Source: Trichomonas gallinae (taxonomy: Eukaryota). From it: DNA of 40,700 bases. A program made the translations under genes and the position numbers. Below the pieces are notes generated by a model that was not told where the DNA came from, did not search any database, and saw only the letters and a program-made list of their open reading frames with translations. This document shows positions 1-10,908 of the stretch, one piece after another. The stretch is taken from positions 1 to 40,700 of the forward strand of contig MRSU01002175.1 in NCBI GenBank assembly GCA_008369845.1, given 5' to 3'. Positions within the stretch are counted from its first letter, which is position 1, and each line of letters starts with the position of its first letter.

Positions 1-4
1 AAAG

Positions 5-76
5 CTCGGTCACCGGGAATCGAACCCGGATCAAAAGAACGACAATCTTACATGATAACCATTACACTATGACCGA
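5..76 (-). tRNA. tRNA-Asp(GTC)
   Basis: Reverse complement reads TCGGTCA TA GTGTAATGGTTATCAT G TAAGA TTGTCGT TCTTT TGAT CCGGG TTCGATT CCCGG TGACCGA G. It has a 7-bp acceptor stem, G73 discriminator, GTC anticodon, A box TAGTGTAATGG and B box GGTTCGATTCC. Confidence 0.95.
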
Positions 77-287
77 CTTCGAAATTATGCTATGCATATA
101 TATATTTGCTTATAATTTGAAATATATTCCAATGTTTATGACTCAATATGCAATACTATGTGCAATTCTATTGATTATAAATATAAATTCATCATTTAAA
201 TTGATAAATGACAAATTTAATATCGAATCTTTCATTTTTTCTTTTATCTTTAAACACTATTAAAGTAGCCTATTCATATAATAACCT

Positions 288-700
288 TTAACTCTTACTA
301 ACTATTTTTCGAAACAAATATGCATCATCGACAAACTCGAGAGCTTCATTCATTTTCTTATCTTCATCGCCTTTTGTATCGGCAATAATTGTTCCGAAAC
401 CATTCATAATAGACATAGAATTGAGTTTTGATATAAGTTAAGAGAAATGCGAGTCTATCCAAGAAAGCCATCTATTTCGTATCATGTGTGTAAAACACTT
501 GGAAAAGATATGCTTTCTCGTACTTCGCTATGTCGGCTATATTGTGAAACTACCACTGTGAAAATTGCTCATGTTCAACTTCTGATTGTTATCCATCTTC
601 ACTTCCACCAATCAATAGCTCAGCAAATGACATTATTAAGATTATTCACGAAGTTCTTAATTGCTGATGCAAGTCTATTTGTTTGTTTTTTATTATCTTA
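288..700 (-). pseudogene. Decayed protein-coding remnant, family unknown
   Basis: Protein-like minus-strand segments in different frames, with stops: SFAELLIGGSEDG*QSEVEHEQFSQW*FHNIADIAKYEKAYLFQVFYTHDTK*MAFLDRLAFLLTYIKTQF, then GTIIADTKGDEDKKMNEALEFVDDAYLFRKIVSKS*. Confidence 0.4.
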
Positions 701-907
701 TTATAGCCTTTATTTTTCTTGTCATACAATCTTATTTAACATATCCGATTTATTGTTCTTTGAGAATAATATTTTTTGAAAAAAATTTAATGTAATTTTG
801 TAAAAATTAGTAAAGGAAAGAATTCCGGTGCATTAAACAAATAATTTTTTAAATGATAGATCTAACTAAAAAGTTGTTTTTGAATATGAATATTTTCTGA
901 TTAAGAG

Positions 908-1258
908 TTAAAGATGTGCATATTCATCGCGATGCTTGGTTCCTGAACAGAACCTAACAATGATGTCTATTGTTAATCCAGCAACGAGGATAACAGTTCC
1001 GATAATATATCTTGTTAACGGGACGGCATCGCCTCCTAGCAGCTGGACGCATTGGCTATCGGTTGTATTTGTTTTGTGGATGCAAGTTTCGTTGTTGTAA
1101 TGTTCGAGAGAAACACATTTATTTAAGGAACTCTTAGCGTTGTGGCAATAGAAGCATTCCGTGTTGTGCTGCATACAAAGGAGGCAAGAACTGTTGTATG
1201 CCGCGCATTTATCTGTTTCGCCTAAACACTTGGCAAATGACAGAAAAAGGGTAAACAT
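908..1258 (-). CDS. Small type I membrane protein with Cys-rich PSI-like ectodomain (PTTG1IP-like architecture)
   Basis: ATG at 1258 (MFTLFLSFAKC, signal peptide). Cys pattern CAAYNSSCLLC..CFYC..CV..C..C, one TM segment (YIIGTVILVAGLTIDIIV) and a C-terminal YAHL (YxxPhi). Confidence 0.75.
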   Translation of the reverse strand: MFTLFLSFAKCLGETDKCAAYNSSCLLCMQHNTECFYCHNAKSSLNKCVSLEHYNNETCIHKTNTTDSQCVQLLGGDAVPLTRYIIGTVILVAGLTIDIIVRFCSGTKHRDEYAHL

Positions 1259-1419
1259 TAAATCTATCACTTTTGTATCTTAAGTTTATTTGTCAAAACA
1301 TTATTTACATGACAAAAATATATATAATTTCAAAATCTATATATGATAATTAATTAATCATGACATAAACTGTTTCACTTTCCCCAATATATGATACACT
1401 CAAGCATATCACACTAAAA

Positions 1420-2005
1420 AATGATTTTGATGCTATGAATTTCGCTATGGAAGAGCAAATGAACCTCAATGCTAAAAGCAAAAATATTTTTTTACTTGCT
1501 TGTTCCATAATAGAATTTGGCGGGAAAAATGATACTAACCACATAATTCACAAAAAGATTCTGACTTTATCAGGTTTATTCTTAAAAATCAACGTTTTGA
1601 TTGAGCCTTGTTAATGCTTCAAGAGAAGGTAACTATTTTGTTGTCAAACTTCTTATTAGAGTTCCTAGGATAGATGTCAACGCAAAAAAAAAAAAAAAAT
1701 ATATTCAACGAAACACCTTTGATTAGAGCTTCAATTGAAGGTTATCATGAAATTGTCAAACTTATTCTCACGGCTCAATAGATGTCAACAAAAAAGACAA
1801 TTTCAACAATACAGCTCTGATTCAGGCTCCATTTTTTGATCATCATGAAGTTGTCAGATTTCTTCTTACTATTCCTGGAATAGACATCAACGCAAAAGAC
1901 ATCTACAACAATACAGTTTTGATTTCGGCTTCTAATAAAGGTCATCATGAAGTAGTCAAACTTTTTCTCATTGCTCCTAGAACAAATTTCAACAAGTCCA
2001 GATAA
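1420..2005 (+). pseudogene. Frameshifted ankyrin-repeat gene
   Basis: About four 33-aa ankyrin units across frames: LVNASREGNYFVVKLLIRVPRIDVNAK / NETPLIRASIEGYHEIVKLIL / IDVNKKDNFNNTALIQAPFFDHHEVVRFLLTIPGIDINAKDIYNNTVLISASNKGHHEVVKLFL. Broken by an A16 run (1684-1699) and a deletion near 1777. Confidence 0.85.
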
Positions 2006-2479
2006 ATAATAAAATTAATCACTATTTCTTTGCAAAATATATCAAAACATGTTGGAAGTCGCATATTATTAATATCATTGGTGCTTGGTGTCAATACATG
2101 CAATAAAAATTTAAATCTAAACATTGGAATATATATATCTGGTTTCTACTGACTTATTTTTTTCATCGAGACATTGATGAAGAATTTTGTGAACATTTTT
2201 AGCAACAAATGCTGTAAGCGCGTGAATGATCTGATCATATGAACATGTATTTTAATTTTGAATGTGTAATGATGATATTTATAATTTTAAACGATAATAG
2301 TTAAATATTTTAAATGTGCGCTTGTGAAATTTGATTCTTTTGAAGTGATATTTTGAAAAACTAAATTCTTTTCTGGATATGATACTAAAATTACAAGTTA
2401 TATGTCTTCTTTAACTTTTATTAATTATGTATCATTCATATTTGTTCCGAAACAAGCAAATAACGAATTTGGCGTTTGA

Positions 2480-3754
2480 ATGTGCTTAAGCGCAAGGAGC
2501 TGCAAAACTCCTCGCAAGAAGCGCATCATTGTTGTCCCGCGAAGTCCTGCATATTCTATTACTCCACGCTTCGCAATGTCAGCTATTGAACGAGCTTTGA
2601 AAAAAGAATCAGATAATCGAACGCCTGTCGATGTAGAAGCAATATATTCATTAATGTCAAGATGGCCTTCATTCAATACCGTTATGACTAATGAAATTAT
2701 TCAAAGAAAATTTTGCCAAATAATCGAATTCCTTCATTATTCTGAAGGTGACTACATATACAGAAAGGATGACATATCAGATGGGTGGTATTTCGTTTTT
2801 ACTGGTAAAATCATTCTTGTTGGTGCAGAAAGACTCGATCCTCAAAACATGAAGGAATCAAACATACCAATTCAGTTCTATGAAGAACTTTGCAGAATGT
2901 GGCGTCAAAGATACAATTATTTTACTCTAGAAGCCGAAATTACAAAAACTCAATCTTTCGGATTAGAAGAATTACAAGAGAAAAAGCTAAGAAACATGTA
3001 CGCTATTGCAGAAAAAGACACAGACATTCTCAGAATAGACAAATTCTCTTATGATATAATTATCTCAAAAGTCGAGAAAAACATATATGAAGAGCGGTAT
3101 CAACTCTTAGAAAAAATTAAAGAATTATCGATACTTAAAAGGATGCCAAATGTATTAGGGTTCGTTGTTGAGATTTTAAAGCCAATTAATTTGCTTTCAG
3201 GACTTGTGATTGATATTAATAATCCACTGTGTAATGGATTTCTTATCATCAAAACTGGTGAAATACAGGTTCAAAAAGCTTGTGATTTTTCGCAATTATC
3301 ATTTTGGAAGGAAGACTTAATAATTGGAGACAGAGCAATTAATCTACCAAAAGGTGTTGCTGATGTTCCAACGAAATTGCTTGGTGATTGCAGCATTTTA
3401 GCGCTTCCTTCCATTTATCCTGAAAATGGAGAAAAGTTTTCAGCGACAGTCATAAATGATTCCACGTGTTTCACCATTGACTTTGATGAGTTCTTTAAGT
3501 GTGTGCCAAGAGAAATGCAATTACACATTCTTGAGTTGATTATTGATAAAAGATCGGATCAGGAAGTAGTTGATGAATGGCTTAGACAGAAAAGAAATGC
3601 AAGATGGAGAATATATAAAGATCAATGTGTTATTGAAGCAACAGAAAAAGATTTACCTCTTAAATTCAGAGATACGAAACAGAACTACTACACTGTTCGC
3701 TCACCTTCACCAAAGTGCAGAAAATCATCAATAAGGCGGAAAATTCCAATATAG
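2480..3754 (+). CDS. Cyclic nucleotide-binding domain protein
   Basis: 424-aa ORF with cNMP-binding signature YSEGDYIYRKDDISDGWYFVFTGKI...SFGLEEL..KLRNMYAIA..DILRIDK, and a second degenerate copy (GFLIIKTGEIQV...FSATV..STCFTID). Confidence 0.85.
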   Translation: MCLSARSCKTPRKKRIIVVPRSPAYSITPRFAMSAIERALKKESDNRTPVDVEAIYSLMSRWPSFNTVMTNEIIQRKFCQIIEFLHYSEGDYIYRKDDISDGWYFVFTGKIILVGAERLDPQNMKESNIPIQFYEELCRMWRQRYNYFTLEAEITKTQSFGLEELQEKKLRNMYAIAEKDTDILRIDKFSYDIIISKVEKNIYEERYQLLEKIKELSILKRMPNVLGFVVEILKPINLLSGLVIDINNPLCNGFLIIKTGEIQVQKACDFSQLSFWKEDLIIGDRAINLPKGVADVPTKLLGDCSILALPSIYPENGEKFSATVINDSTCFTIDFDEFFKCVPREMQLHILELIIDKRSDQEVVDEWLRQKRNARWRIYKDQCVIEATEKDLPLKFRDTKQNYYTVRSPSPKCRKSSIRRKIPI

Positions 3755-4471
3755 GATATATTTTTTGTTTGTAATTTAAATTTTTGTGTTTGAATTATGA
3801 ATTTATCTATTTCGTATAGGGCATGGTTGAAGTTTGAATAATACATGCATGATATATCATTATATTCGTTTCTCAAAGAAAAATAATATAATATTTTCTA
3901 TTTGGAGTTGATATTTTAAATTTCAAGTCAAAATACTTGTTTGAGCAGTTGAATTTCATGGATTTATGAATTTAAATATTTTCTAATTAAATTTCAAGAG
4001 TTATGCGTTAATATTATTACAATAAGTAATACATAATATTGACATTATATTAGTAATATTCATTTTAGTTGAAACCAATAATATGAACCAAATTGTCTAA
4101 GATAAAATGATATTTTTATAGAAATCATTCATAAATATGGAAACAATTTCTATTTCGATTTAAAATTCTTTCAGTGGATGAAGAGTTTTTTAATCGATAT
4201 TTAGTTTACATATTACAACACATCAAATATTTTGAAAATTTTTGGTTTTAAGTTTGAAAGACAAGCTTTTTGACACATTCAATTTTTGTGATCATTGAAT
4301 TCTCAATTTTGAAAAATAAAATTAATATTAATAGTAAATTCAAAAACCATGAACCTTGAATTTGGCGGTTTTGACATTTAAAAGCGAATAACCATCATAT
4401 TATATAATACTAATTGATTTTTAAAGGGGTTTAAGATTTGGTACTTTTGACGGTATCATTTTTCAAAATTA

Positions 4472-5140
4472 ATGTTTCTTTCTTTGATTTGTGCTAAGAA
4501 GCTCGCAAAGATCAGTCGTCCATCAGCATTTGAGCCATTGGTATCTAACTCGAATGATATATGTCCTGTTAGAATTGATGACCCTTCAATTACATGGGAA
4601 TGGATCACAAAACTGTATTCTAGCGTTTCGAAAGACTTAATTGTCAAATATAACAATCTTCAGGGTAAGCAGCTCTCTGTTCTCGAGGGTTTACCAGCAA
4701 TTATTATTCCAACACGTTGTCCTGATTATATTGAGCCTAAACTCATGCAAAGCAATGAAGCATTCAAAGGCACGCCAATCGAAACTAATGGATCGCTTAT
4801 TCTTTCATTTTGCTTTTCCAATGTCAATTCGATGACTCCTGACCAATGCCTTGCAATGTTTTATAAATTGCAAGCTAAAAAATATATTGATAAGTATGGA
4901 CACGCTAATAATGTTGATCAATATGATACATACATGGATAACATCAGTGACGTGTTTGGATATACACTCTCTCATGATGTTAGTCGCACAAACAAATACT
5001 ATGACAACATTATTTGCAGATCTTCTGCTTCTCCATATCGTTATATTGTTGTTATGCCAAATGAAGGAAAAGTTTTTAACCCTTCAGTTACTGTTAGTGA
5101 TGAAAGCCAATTCAATAGATGCTTCGGAGTTCTTAATTAA
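4472..5140 (+). CDS. Hypothetical protein, probably secreted
   Basis: 222-aa ORF with coding-like composition and a short hydrophobic N-terminus (MFLSLICA). No family recognised. Confidence 0.75.
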   Translation: MFLSLICAKKLAKISRPSAFEPLVSNSNDICPVRIDDPSITWEWITKLYSSVSKDLIVKYNNLQGKQLSVLEGLPAIIIPTRCPDYIEPKLMQSNEAFKGTPIETNGSLILSFCFSNVNSMTPDQCLAMFYKLQAKKYIDKYGHANNVDQYDTYMDNISDVFGYTLSHDVSRTNKYYDNIICRSSASPYRYIVVMPNEGKVFNPSVTVSDESQFNRCFGVLN

Positions 5141-5202
5141 AATTAATTAAAAAAACTTTTGCTTATAACAAAATATTAACACAAATATCATTTTTATATA
5201 TA

Positions 5203-6315
5203 TCAGGCTTGTTGCTCGTTTTGTGGATTCTCTCCACTTGCACCTTGTTCAAATAAATAATGAACAATATCGCGATTTTCTTGCAGTGCGGCAACAGTGA
5301 TGGCATCTTTGCCGAATATATCCTTGACGTCTTTATTGGCGTTGTTTTGGATTAATAATTCAACCATTTCTTTCATTCCGCCAATTGACGCGAACATAAG
5401 CGGTGTGTTACCCATAGTGTCCATGGATTCGATGTGTGCACCGTGTTTCAAGAGATAATCCATTGCAACGTAATTAACGTATTGAGCCGCTGCAAGGATT
5501 GCGTTATAACCTTCAAAATCGAATTTATTGATATCATCTATCCTCTCTGCTTTAAAGAAGAAGCAGCGCAAGTTAAAATACTTCATTGTTGAGCACCAAG
5601 AATAATCAAGGTTGTATTTCGTGAAAAGAGTAATCACGGTTTCATTGTGATGAGCACTTACTGCGTTTTCTATGCATAATTGATCTATTTCTATACTTTT
5701 AAGGCATTCTGAAATGATTTCTTGATTATTTCCGTAAAATGCTTTTTGGAGAGTGTGCGTTGATAAATTTGCGCCTTTTGATGCGAGGTATTTAAATGTT
5801 TTAGCAGATCCAGCTTCTGCAGCGTAATCAAGAATAGAAGTGCTAAAATCAAAGTTTTGATCATAGTTGAAACCATCAACTTCGCATAAAGACTGTAGCA
5901 TTTCTAAATCATCCCATAAAATTGCATAATTTACAGTTCCTTCTGGAAAAGCTTTAAATGTTTGTTCTAGAGTCATTTTGCGATATTTAAATGGTACAAA
6001 TAGTGACATCATCTCCGACTTAACGAGAAGGACCTGCAGTAATTCGTTATTAAACGTTGTTTTGCATGGTTGAATTTGATAATGTGTCAAAAATGCTTTA
6101 ATGAACTCGAATACATTCTTAGAATTTCTCTTTTGGAAGATAAAAACGTGCTCGATCATTTTTAATACATTATCAACGGAGAAAATTTTATTTGAAATCG
6201 CATCAACAACAGAATTAAGTATTTGGTTAACGTTTGTGTCATCAATGGTCCATATCAAGTCGCTTACTGTTATTGCGGTCTTGCAGTTATCATCCAATTT
6301 AGAAGTATCAAACAT
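5203..6315 (-). CDS. Ankyrin-repeat protein (trichomonad DUF3447-type)
   Basis: YAILWDDLEML, LDYAAEAGSAKTFKYL, AFYGNNQEII, NAVSAHHNE, then canonical C-terminal ankyrins (GNTPLMFASIGGMKEMVELLIQNNAN). Confidence 0.92.
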   Translation of the reverse strand: MFDTSKLDDNCKTAITVSDLIWTIDDTNVNQILNSVVDAISNKIFSVDNVLKMIEHVFIFQKRNSKNVFEFIKAFLTHYQIQPCKTTFNNELLQVLLVKSEMMSLFVPFKYRKMTLEQTFKAFPEGTVNYAILWDDLEMLQSLCEVDGFNYDQNFDFSTSILDYAAEAGSAKTFKYLASKGANLSTHTLQKAFYGNNQEIISECLKSIEIDQLCIENAVSAHHNETVITLFTKYNLDYSWCSTMKYFNLRCFFFKAERIDDINKFDFEGYNAILAAAQYVNYVAMDYLLKHGAHIESMDTMGNTPLMFASIGGMKEMVELLIQNNANKDVKDIFGKDAITVAALQENRDIVHYLFEQGASGENPQNEQQA

Positions 6316-6904
6316 TTTATTTTTTTATCGAAAAAGGTTATTTAGAACCTTATTTTTGGGGATCAAAATTCTTTACATTCTCTATAGAGTTAATCGATGA
6401 GTATGTTAAATACAAAGAATTTTCGATCAAAAGGAGTTATTAGTAAAGAATAATGCAATATTAATGCATTAATCAGTTTTTCGATATTTATATTGATTTA
6501 AATACACATATTTTATGAAGTTATTCAAATGTCATTCCTCATAAGCTTTTGTTATTTAGTTAGAATATTATCTAATATTTGATCAAATTTTAAAAACTGA
6601 ATTAATGGGAATTCTATATGATATATCTATTCTTTGTATCTTAATCTATAATTTTCGACATTTTTTATATCTTAAATGTGAAAATTTAAAATTTCAAAAA
6701 TTATATATTCATTTTTTATATTTTGTGAATTAAATTTAGTTAATTTTGCCTGCGTATAACCATTTGAACTAGAAAAAATGATGTCCACACAAAAAATAAA
6801 AAAATTGTTTGTTATTGAAAGAGAAGTATTATATAATGTGTTGTTATTAAACAAGAACATTTTAAGGTGTGCTTTCTATTGATAGATATTATACAAATAA
6901 AATA

Positions 6905-7498
6905 TTAACAATTGCATCCTTTTGAGACTTGATCTTTTGAAGGTTCTAGTTCACTCTTTTTGTCATCAGTGAGCTTAATATTACCATCAGCAATGGAATT
7001 ACTAATCTCAGTAGATATTTTGACAATGGCTTCTTGTATATTCGAGCCAGTTTTTGCTGATGTTTCGATATATTTAGCGTTATGACGTATTGCGAATTCT
7101 TCTGCTTCTGTTTGGGAAACTGTTCTATCTGGTAAATCGATTTTGTTGCCTACAATAAGAACTACTGCATTGGGAGCTGCCATTTGGATAAAATCGTTGA
7201 TCCAGACGTCCACGGCATCATATGATTGTCTGTCGTGAACATCAAAAACAACTAATGCACCAACAGCGTTCCTAAAGTACGTTTTAGATATAGATCTGAA
7301 TTTCTCTTGTCCAGCAGTATCGTTAATGAATAGAGTAACTTCTTGTCCGCTGATTGTTTGCTTGATATTGAAGTTGTCGACGCCTATTGTTGGCTGATTT
7401 TCCGCTACAAACTCTTCGCCTTTGATCGCGCGAGCAATAGCAGATTTTCCAACAGATGAGCTTCCGATGAAACAAATCTTATATCGAATTTCTTTCAT
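6905..7498 (-). CDS. Rab-family small GTPase
   Basis: G1 GSSSVGKS, effector PTIGVD, G3 DTAGQEKF, G4 NKID, G5 ETSAK, and a C-terminal CxC prenylation motif (GCNC). Confidence 0.95.
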   Translation of the reverse strand: MKEIRYKICFIGSSSVGKSAIARAIKGEEFVAENQPTIGVDNFNIKQTISGQEVTLFINDTAGQEKFRSISKTYFRNAVGALVVFDVHDRQSYDAVDVWINDFIQMAAPNAVVLIVGNKIDLPDRTVSQTEAEEFAIRHNAKYIETSAKTGSNIQEAIVKISTEISNSIADGNIKLTDDKKSELEPSKDQVSKGCNC

Positions 7499-7879
7499 TT
7501 TAATTTCACTTTTTTCAGATAAATGAAATCCCCTTTAAAAATATGTTAGACCCCGTTTTCCAAAATCTTTTCGTTTTAAATCTAAAATAACAATTTACAT
7601 CATCATTGTTTCACTTTTTACCATAGAACAATATATAGATTTTGTTTTTATTTTTTTCATATCGGGAATTGTTATGAATTATTATTAATAATGTAAAGTA
7701 TATATGTATAGTTTCACTTTTTACTATATAATTATGGTTCATTTCTTTATTTTTATATTCATTATTATCGAAATATTGGATTTGACTTAGGTTCTGATAA
7801 TAAAAATTTGTCTTTTTCTCTTATAATAGTAAATTGAAGTACAAAAACATTTTTACAGCAATAATTTTAACAAACAAAT

Positions 7880-9526
7880 TTAATAAAGCCTAATTTTAAG
7901 AACAGAAAAAGAATCACGAATAGAAGCAACATCTTCGAAGATGGAAATCATATAATCATGGTTAAGAAATTCTGGAAGCTGAATAAGAGAGCAAAGAAGA
8001 GTAATATAGGTGAAATTTGCGTTTCCGTGCATTAACTCAATGATATCTGATCCTTTGCATTTCTTACGATCAGAGTCATATTTCTTATTATCAATAACCA
8101 TTCGAAGCAAAGGAATTAAATTTTGAGGTTCTTCATGATATGTAATCAGTGCCAAAAATGTTGCGACTTGATCAGCATAGACGAGTACATTATCGTAAAG
8201 GTATAATTGGTTGAGTTCTTGGAATGGTGAAATTAAATCTTGAGGAATCAGCTTTTGTAATAGTGAAAGTTTCGAAATTCCATCACGAATTGTGTAAACG
8301 AAGTCGCAATCTGGGCTAAATTTAATCTCAGCTTGTGGAAGATTTGCCCAAAGATCTTTTGTACGATTTTGAGGAACTTGATAAGGTTCAACTGCAGCTG
8401 GACTCTCAAATAAAAAGTATGAATATATAATTGGTGGGCAAAACATGAGTTTGCTAATAATTTGAGCAATTTGTTCATTAAAAGGCTGCCAAAACTGTGG
8501 GAATGCCAGAGCAATATTAGATAATGTCTTTAAAACAGCAGGACATGGCTTTTGCTCGGTTGATGATAAGATATGAGAATAACCCATATCAAAGAATGTC
8601 TGAACTGTTTCAGCATCATTGGCTTTGATTGCATATTTGGCAATTTGTTGATATGCGGTGACATTTGAGAGATTTTCTGATAAAAATTTTAAGATTGTTT
8701 CGCTAGTTTCTGGAATTTCCATAACTATTTCTCCGAGTGTCTTGAAAATGTTAGATTGAGCGGAAATAAGTGTAAGATTTGCATATGTTTCAGTGAGTCT
8801 TGTTATTAATTTTTCAATTGCAGAAAGTTTCGGTTTTTTGTTTACCATTAGAGAATGAACATAAGCTCGAATAGCTGTAGTATATGGGATCTCTTTCCTT
8901 GTTTCAATTAGCTTCAAAAGCTCTTTAATTGAATTTTGAATTTCAATTGTTGCTTGTGGGAGCCTGTAAACCGATTTAAATGTCATTATTTGCATATTCA
9001 TGTCGAGTTTATCGAATTGACAAAGTAATTCGAAAATTCTTTTTTGTGCATCGATTAATAAATCAGGTCTGTTCATGGAAAGTATTGATATAGCATATAA
9101 ACACTGAGCGTTAACTGGTCCTGTCCCTGTTTCGGCGCGTTTTCTTATGAAATCGATTGATGTTTTTAATTCTTTATCTTTACGATTTAAATCCTGAGGA
9201 AGACGAGAGACAAGGATTGCGAATGATTTGATTGCATAACAACGTTCATTTATTGTAAAAAGAGTTGGAAGATTTGAAATTGTAACAAATGTTTTTGCAA
9301 TTTGAATTGCATCCTGCTGGTTGAGCTCATTACGAACTTTGTCTGACAGAAAATAACTATGTGGTGATAAATACGCCAAGCATTTCAAATAATAAATAAA
9401 AGTCGTTTCTCTTTCATGATATGAGGCTCCTTGTTTCTCGAATTTCCTATCGAATGATAAAATTGTTTGAAAAGACTTAAGAAGTTGAGTTGCAAGTTTT
9501 TTCCTATCTGCAGAAATTGGATTCAT
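7880..9526 (-). CDS. Hypothetical alpha-helical (ARM/HEAT-like) protein
   Basis: 548-aa ORF with Leu/Ile-rich amphipathic helical pattern. No catalytic motif recognised. Confidence 0.8.
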   Translation of the reverse strand: MNPISADRKKLATQLLKSFQTILSFDRKFEKQGASYHERETTFIYYLKCLAYLSPHSYFLSDKVRNELNQQDAIQIAKTFVTISNLPTLFTINERCYAIKSFAILVSRLPQDLNRKDKELKTSIDFIRKRAETGTGPVNAQCLYAISILSMNRPDLLIDAQKRIFELLCQFDKLDMNMQIMTFKSVYRLPQATIEIQNSIKELLKLIETRKEIPYTTAIRAYVHSLMVNKKPKLSAIEKLITRLTETYANLTLISAQSNIFKTLGEIVMEIPETSETILKFLSENLSNVTAYQQIAKYAIKANDAETVQTFFDMGYSHILSSTEQKPCPAVLKTLSNIALAFPQFWQPFNEQIAQIISKLMFCPPIIYSYFLFESPAAVEPYQVPQNRTKDLWANLPQAEIKFSPDCDFVYTIRDGISKLSLLQKLIPQDLISPFQELNQLYLYDNVLVYADQVATFLALITYHEEPQNLIPLLRMVIDNKKYDSDRKKCKGSDIIELMHGNANFTYITLLCSLIQLPEFLNHDYMISIFEDVASIRDSFSVLKIRLY

Positions 9527-9896
9527 ATATTTAAAAAAAGTGCCAAAAAATTATTTTTGCTTCAAACTTCGAATTTATACTCTATGCATTGTCTATATTC
9601 TAAATCTCAATTTTGATTTTTAAAAAAATATAAAATTATTTTTAAAAAATTTATTTTTTCTAATTTTTATGTCAAAATGACATGATTCTGAAAAAATAAA
9701 TTTGTAGAATGAGTTGATATTATATGGAGTATCTATTTTTCAAAAATAATATTAAATGATAAAATTTTATTTCAATACAATCAAAATTATGTTGTAAAAT
9801 TATAATATTAATATATTTGGGCTATATAATATGAATATGCAGTAAAAATGTGTGATTCATGTTTAGGTAAACGTACAATGATTTTAGAAAAAAATA

Positions 9897-10271
9897 ATGA
9901 GCAGAGTTACTGATGATAGTCGCCATTTCATAGAAAGCATGCGTGATATTCAGACTCTTCACAACAAATTTTCGAATGTTCTCGATGAAATTAAGGATAT
10001 TAACGCGAATATTCAAGAATATTTTAATTCAGATGAAGAAGAAGAGGAAATAGATCCATTATATCAGAACCAAATATCTCAAGAACAGGAAATAAGATTA
10101 CTTCACCGTGAAATACAGCAAATTCAACGTGATGTTGCTTCTTTGATAAAATTAATGGACAGCGGAAGATCAACTGATCGTGCACAAGCAGCGAAAATAC
10201 GCCGACAACTAGATGATCTTATGCAAATTCTTGATGGACAATTATTTAGAGCTGAGCGATTATTAAAATAA
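9897..10271 (+). CDS. Hypothetical coiled-coil protein
   Basis: 124-aa ORF with heptad-like helices around an acidic linker (SDEEEEEID); ends TAAA. Confidence 0.75.
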   Translation: MSRVTDDSRHFIESMRDIQTLHNKFSNVLDEIKDINANIQEYFNSDEEEEEIDPLYQNQISQEQEIRLLHREIQQIQRDVASLIKLMDSGRSTDRAQAAKIRRQLDDLMQILDGQLFRAERLLK

Positions 10272-10444
10272 AAAATTGTTTTTAGTTGTAGAGAAAATGT
10301 CATCATACGCACTTTACTACATGCATATATTTCATATATTATATACATAGTCACAATTCTATCAAATTATATTAAACATTGAAGGAAAACCAAAACAATG
10401 AGGGATACTATTGTTGTTTCTTTGTATAGATGGATTCTGTGTTT

Positions 10445-10813
10445 GAAATCAAAAGTATTTTATCAAAATCCCAAAAACGAGAACTTGACTAAATTAGCAT
10501 TAAAATTCTGATATTATACTATCTATAAAATACTTTCATGATTTCAAAATAACAGAAAATCAAAATTAAATTTTCAAATTTTCAAAAACAAGAATTTATT
10601 TAAAATTACAATAAAAATATGAAATAATATGATCTACAAAATATTTTGCTATAACAAAAATAGCAAAAAATCAAAATTAAATTTTCAAATTTTCAAAAAC
10701 AGAAATCTATTTAAAATTACAATAAAATACTAATATGCTATGACTTAGAAAATAATTTATGGAATTAAATCAACAAAAAAATCAAAATTAAAATTCAAAT
10801 TTTCAAAAACAAG
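10445..10813. repeat. 111-bp-period tandem repeat, about 3.3 units, non-coding
   Basis: Core AAAATCAAAATTAAATTTTCAAATTTTCAAAAACA at 10556, 10667 and 10778 (one mismatch), plus a degenerate copy at 10445. Confidence 0.85.
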
Positions 10814-10908
10814 CGTTTGAGTCGAAATTTTGTCAAAATACGATAATATGCACCTAATCAATAACGAAAGCGCGTTTATTTCGTGTTGTGCCTTCGCAAA
10901 ATTTTGGA

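Noticed and set aside
69..263. Short AT-rich ORFs (also 1350-1544, 6672-6860, 20301-20501, 24978-25160, 28242-28445, 28550-28747)
   Set aside because: Ile/Phe/Asn-rich translations typical of non-coding AT-rich DNA; the first overlaps the tRNA.
447..779. 110-aa + strand ORF
   Set aside because: No recognisable features; the opposite strand reads more protein-like as a pseudogene relic.
4421..7538. TTAA-AGGGG ... CCCCT-TTAA as Kolobok/piggyBac-like termini
   Set aside because: The inverted match is only about 11 bp, encloses three ordinary host genes and no transposase. Both copies sit about 40 bp upstream of ATGs, so a promoter word is more likely.
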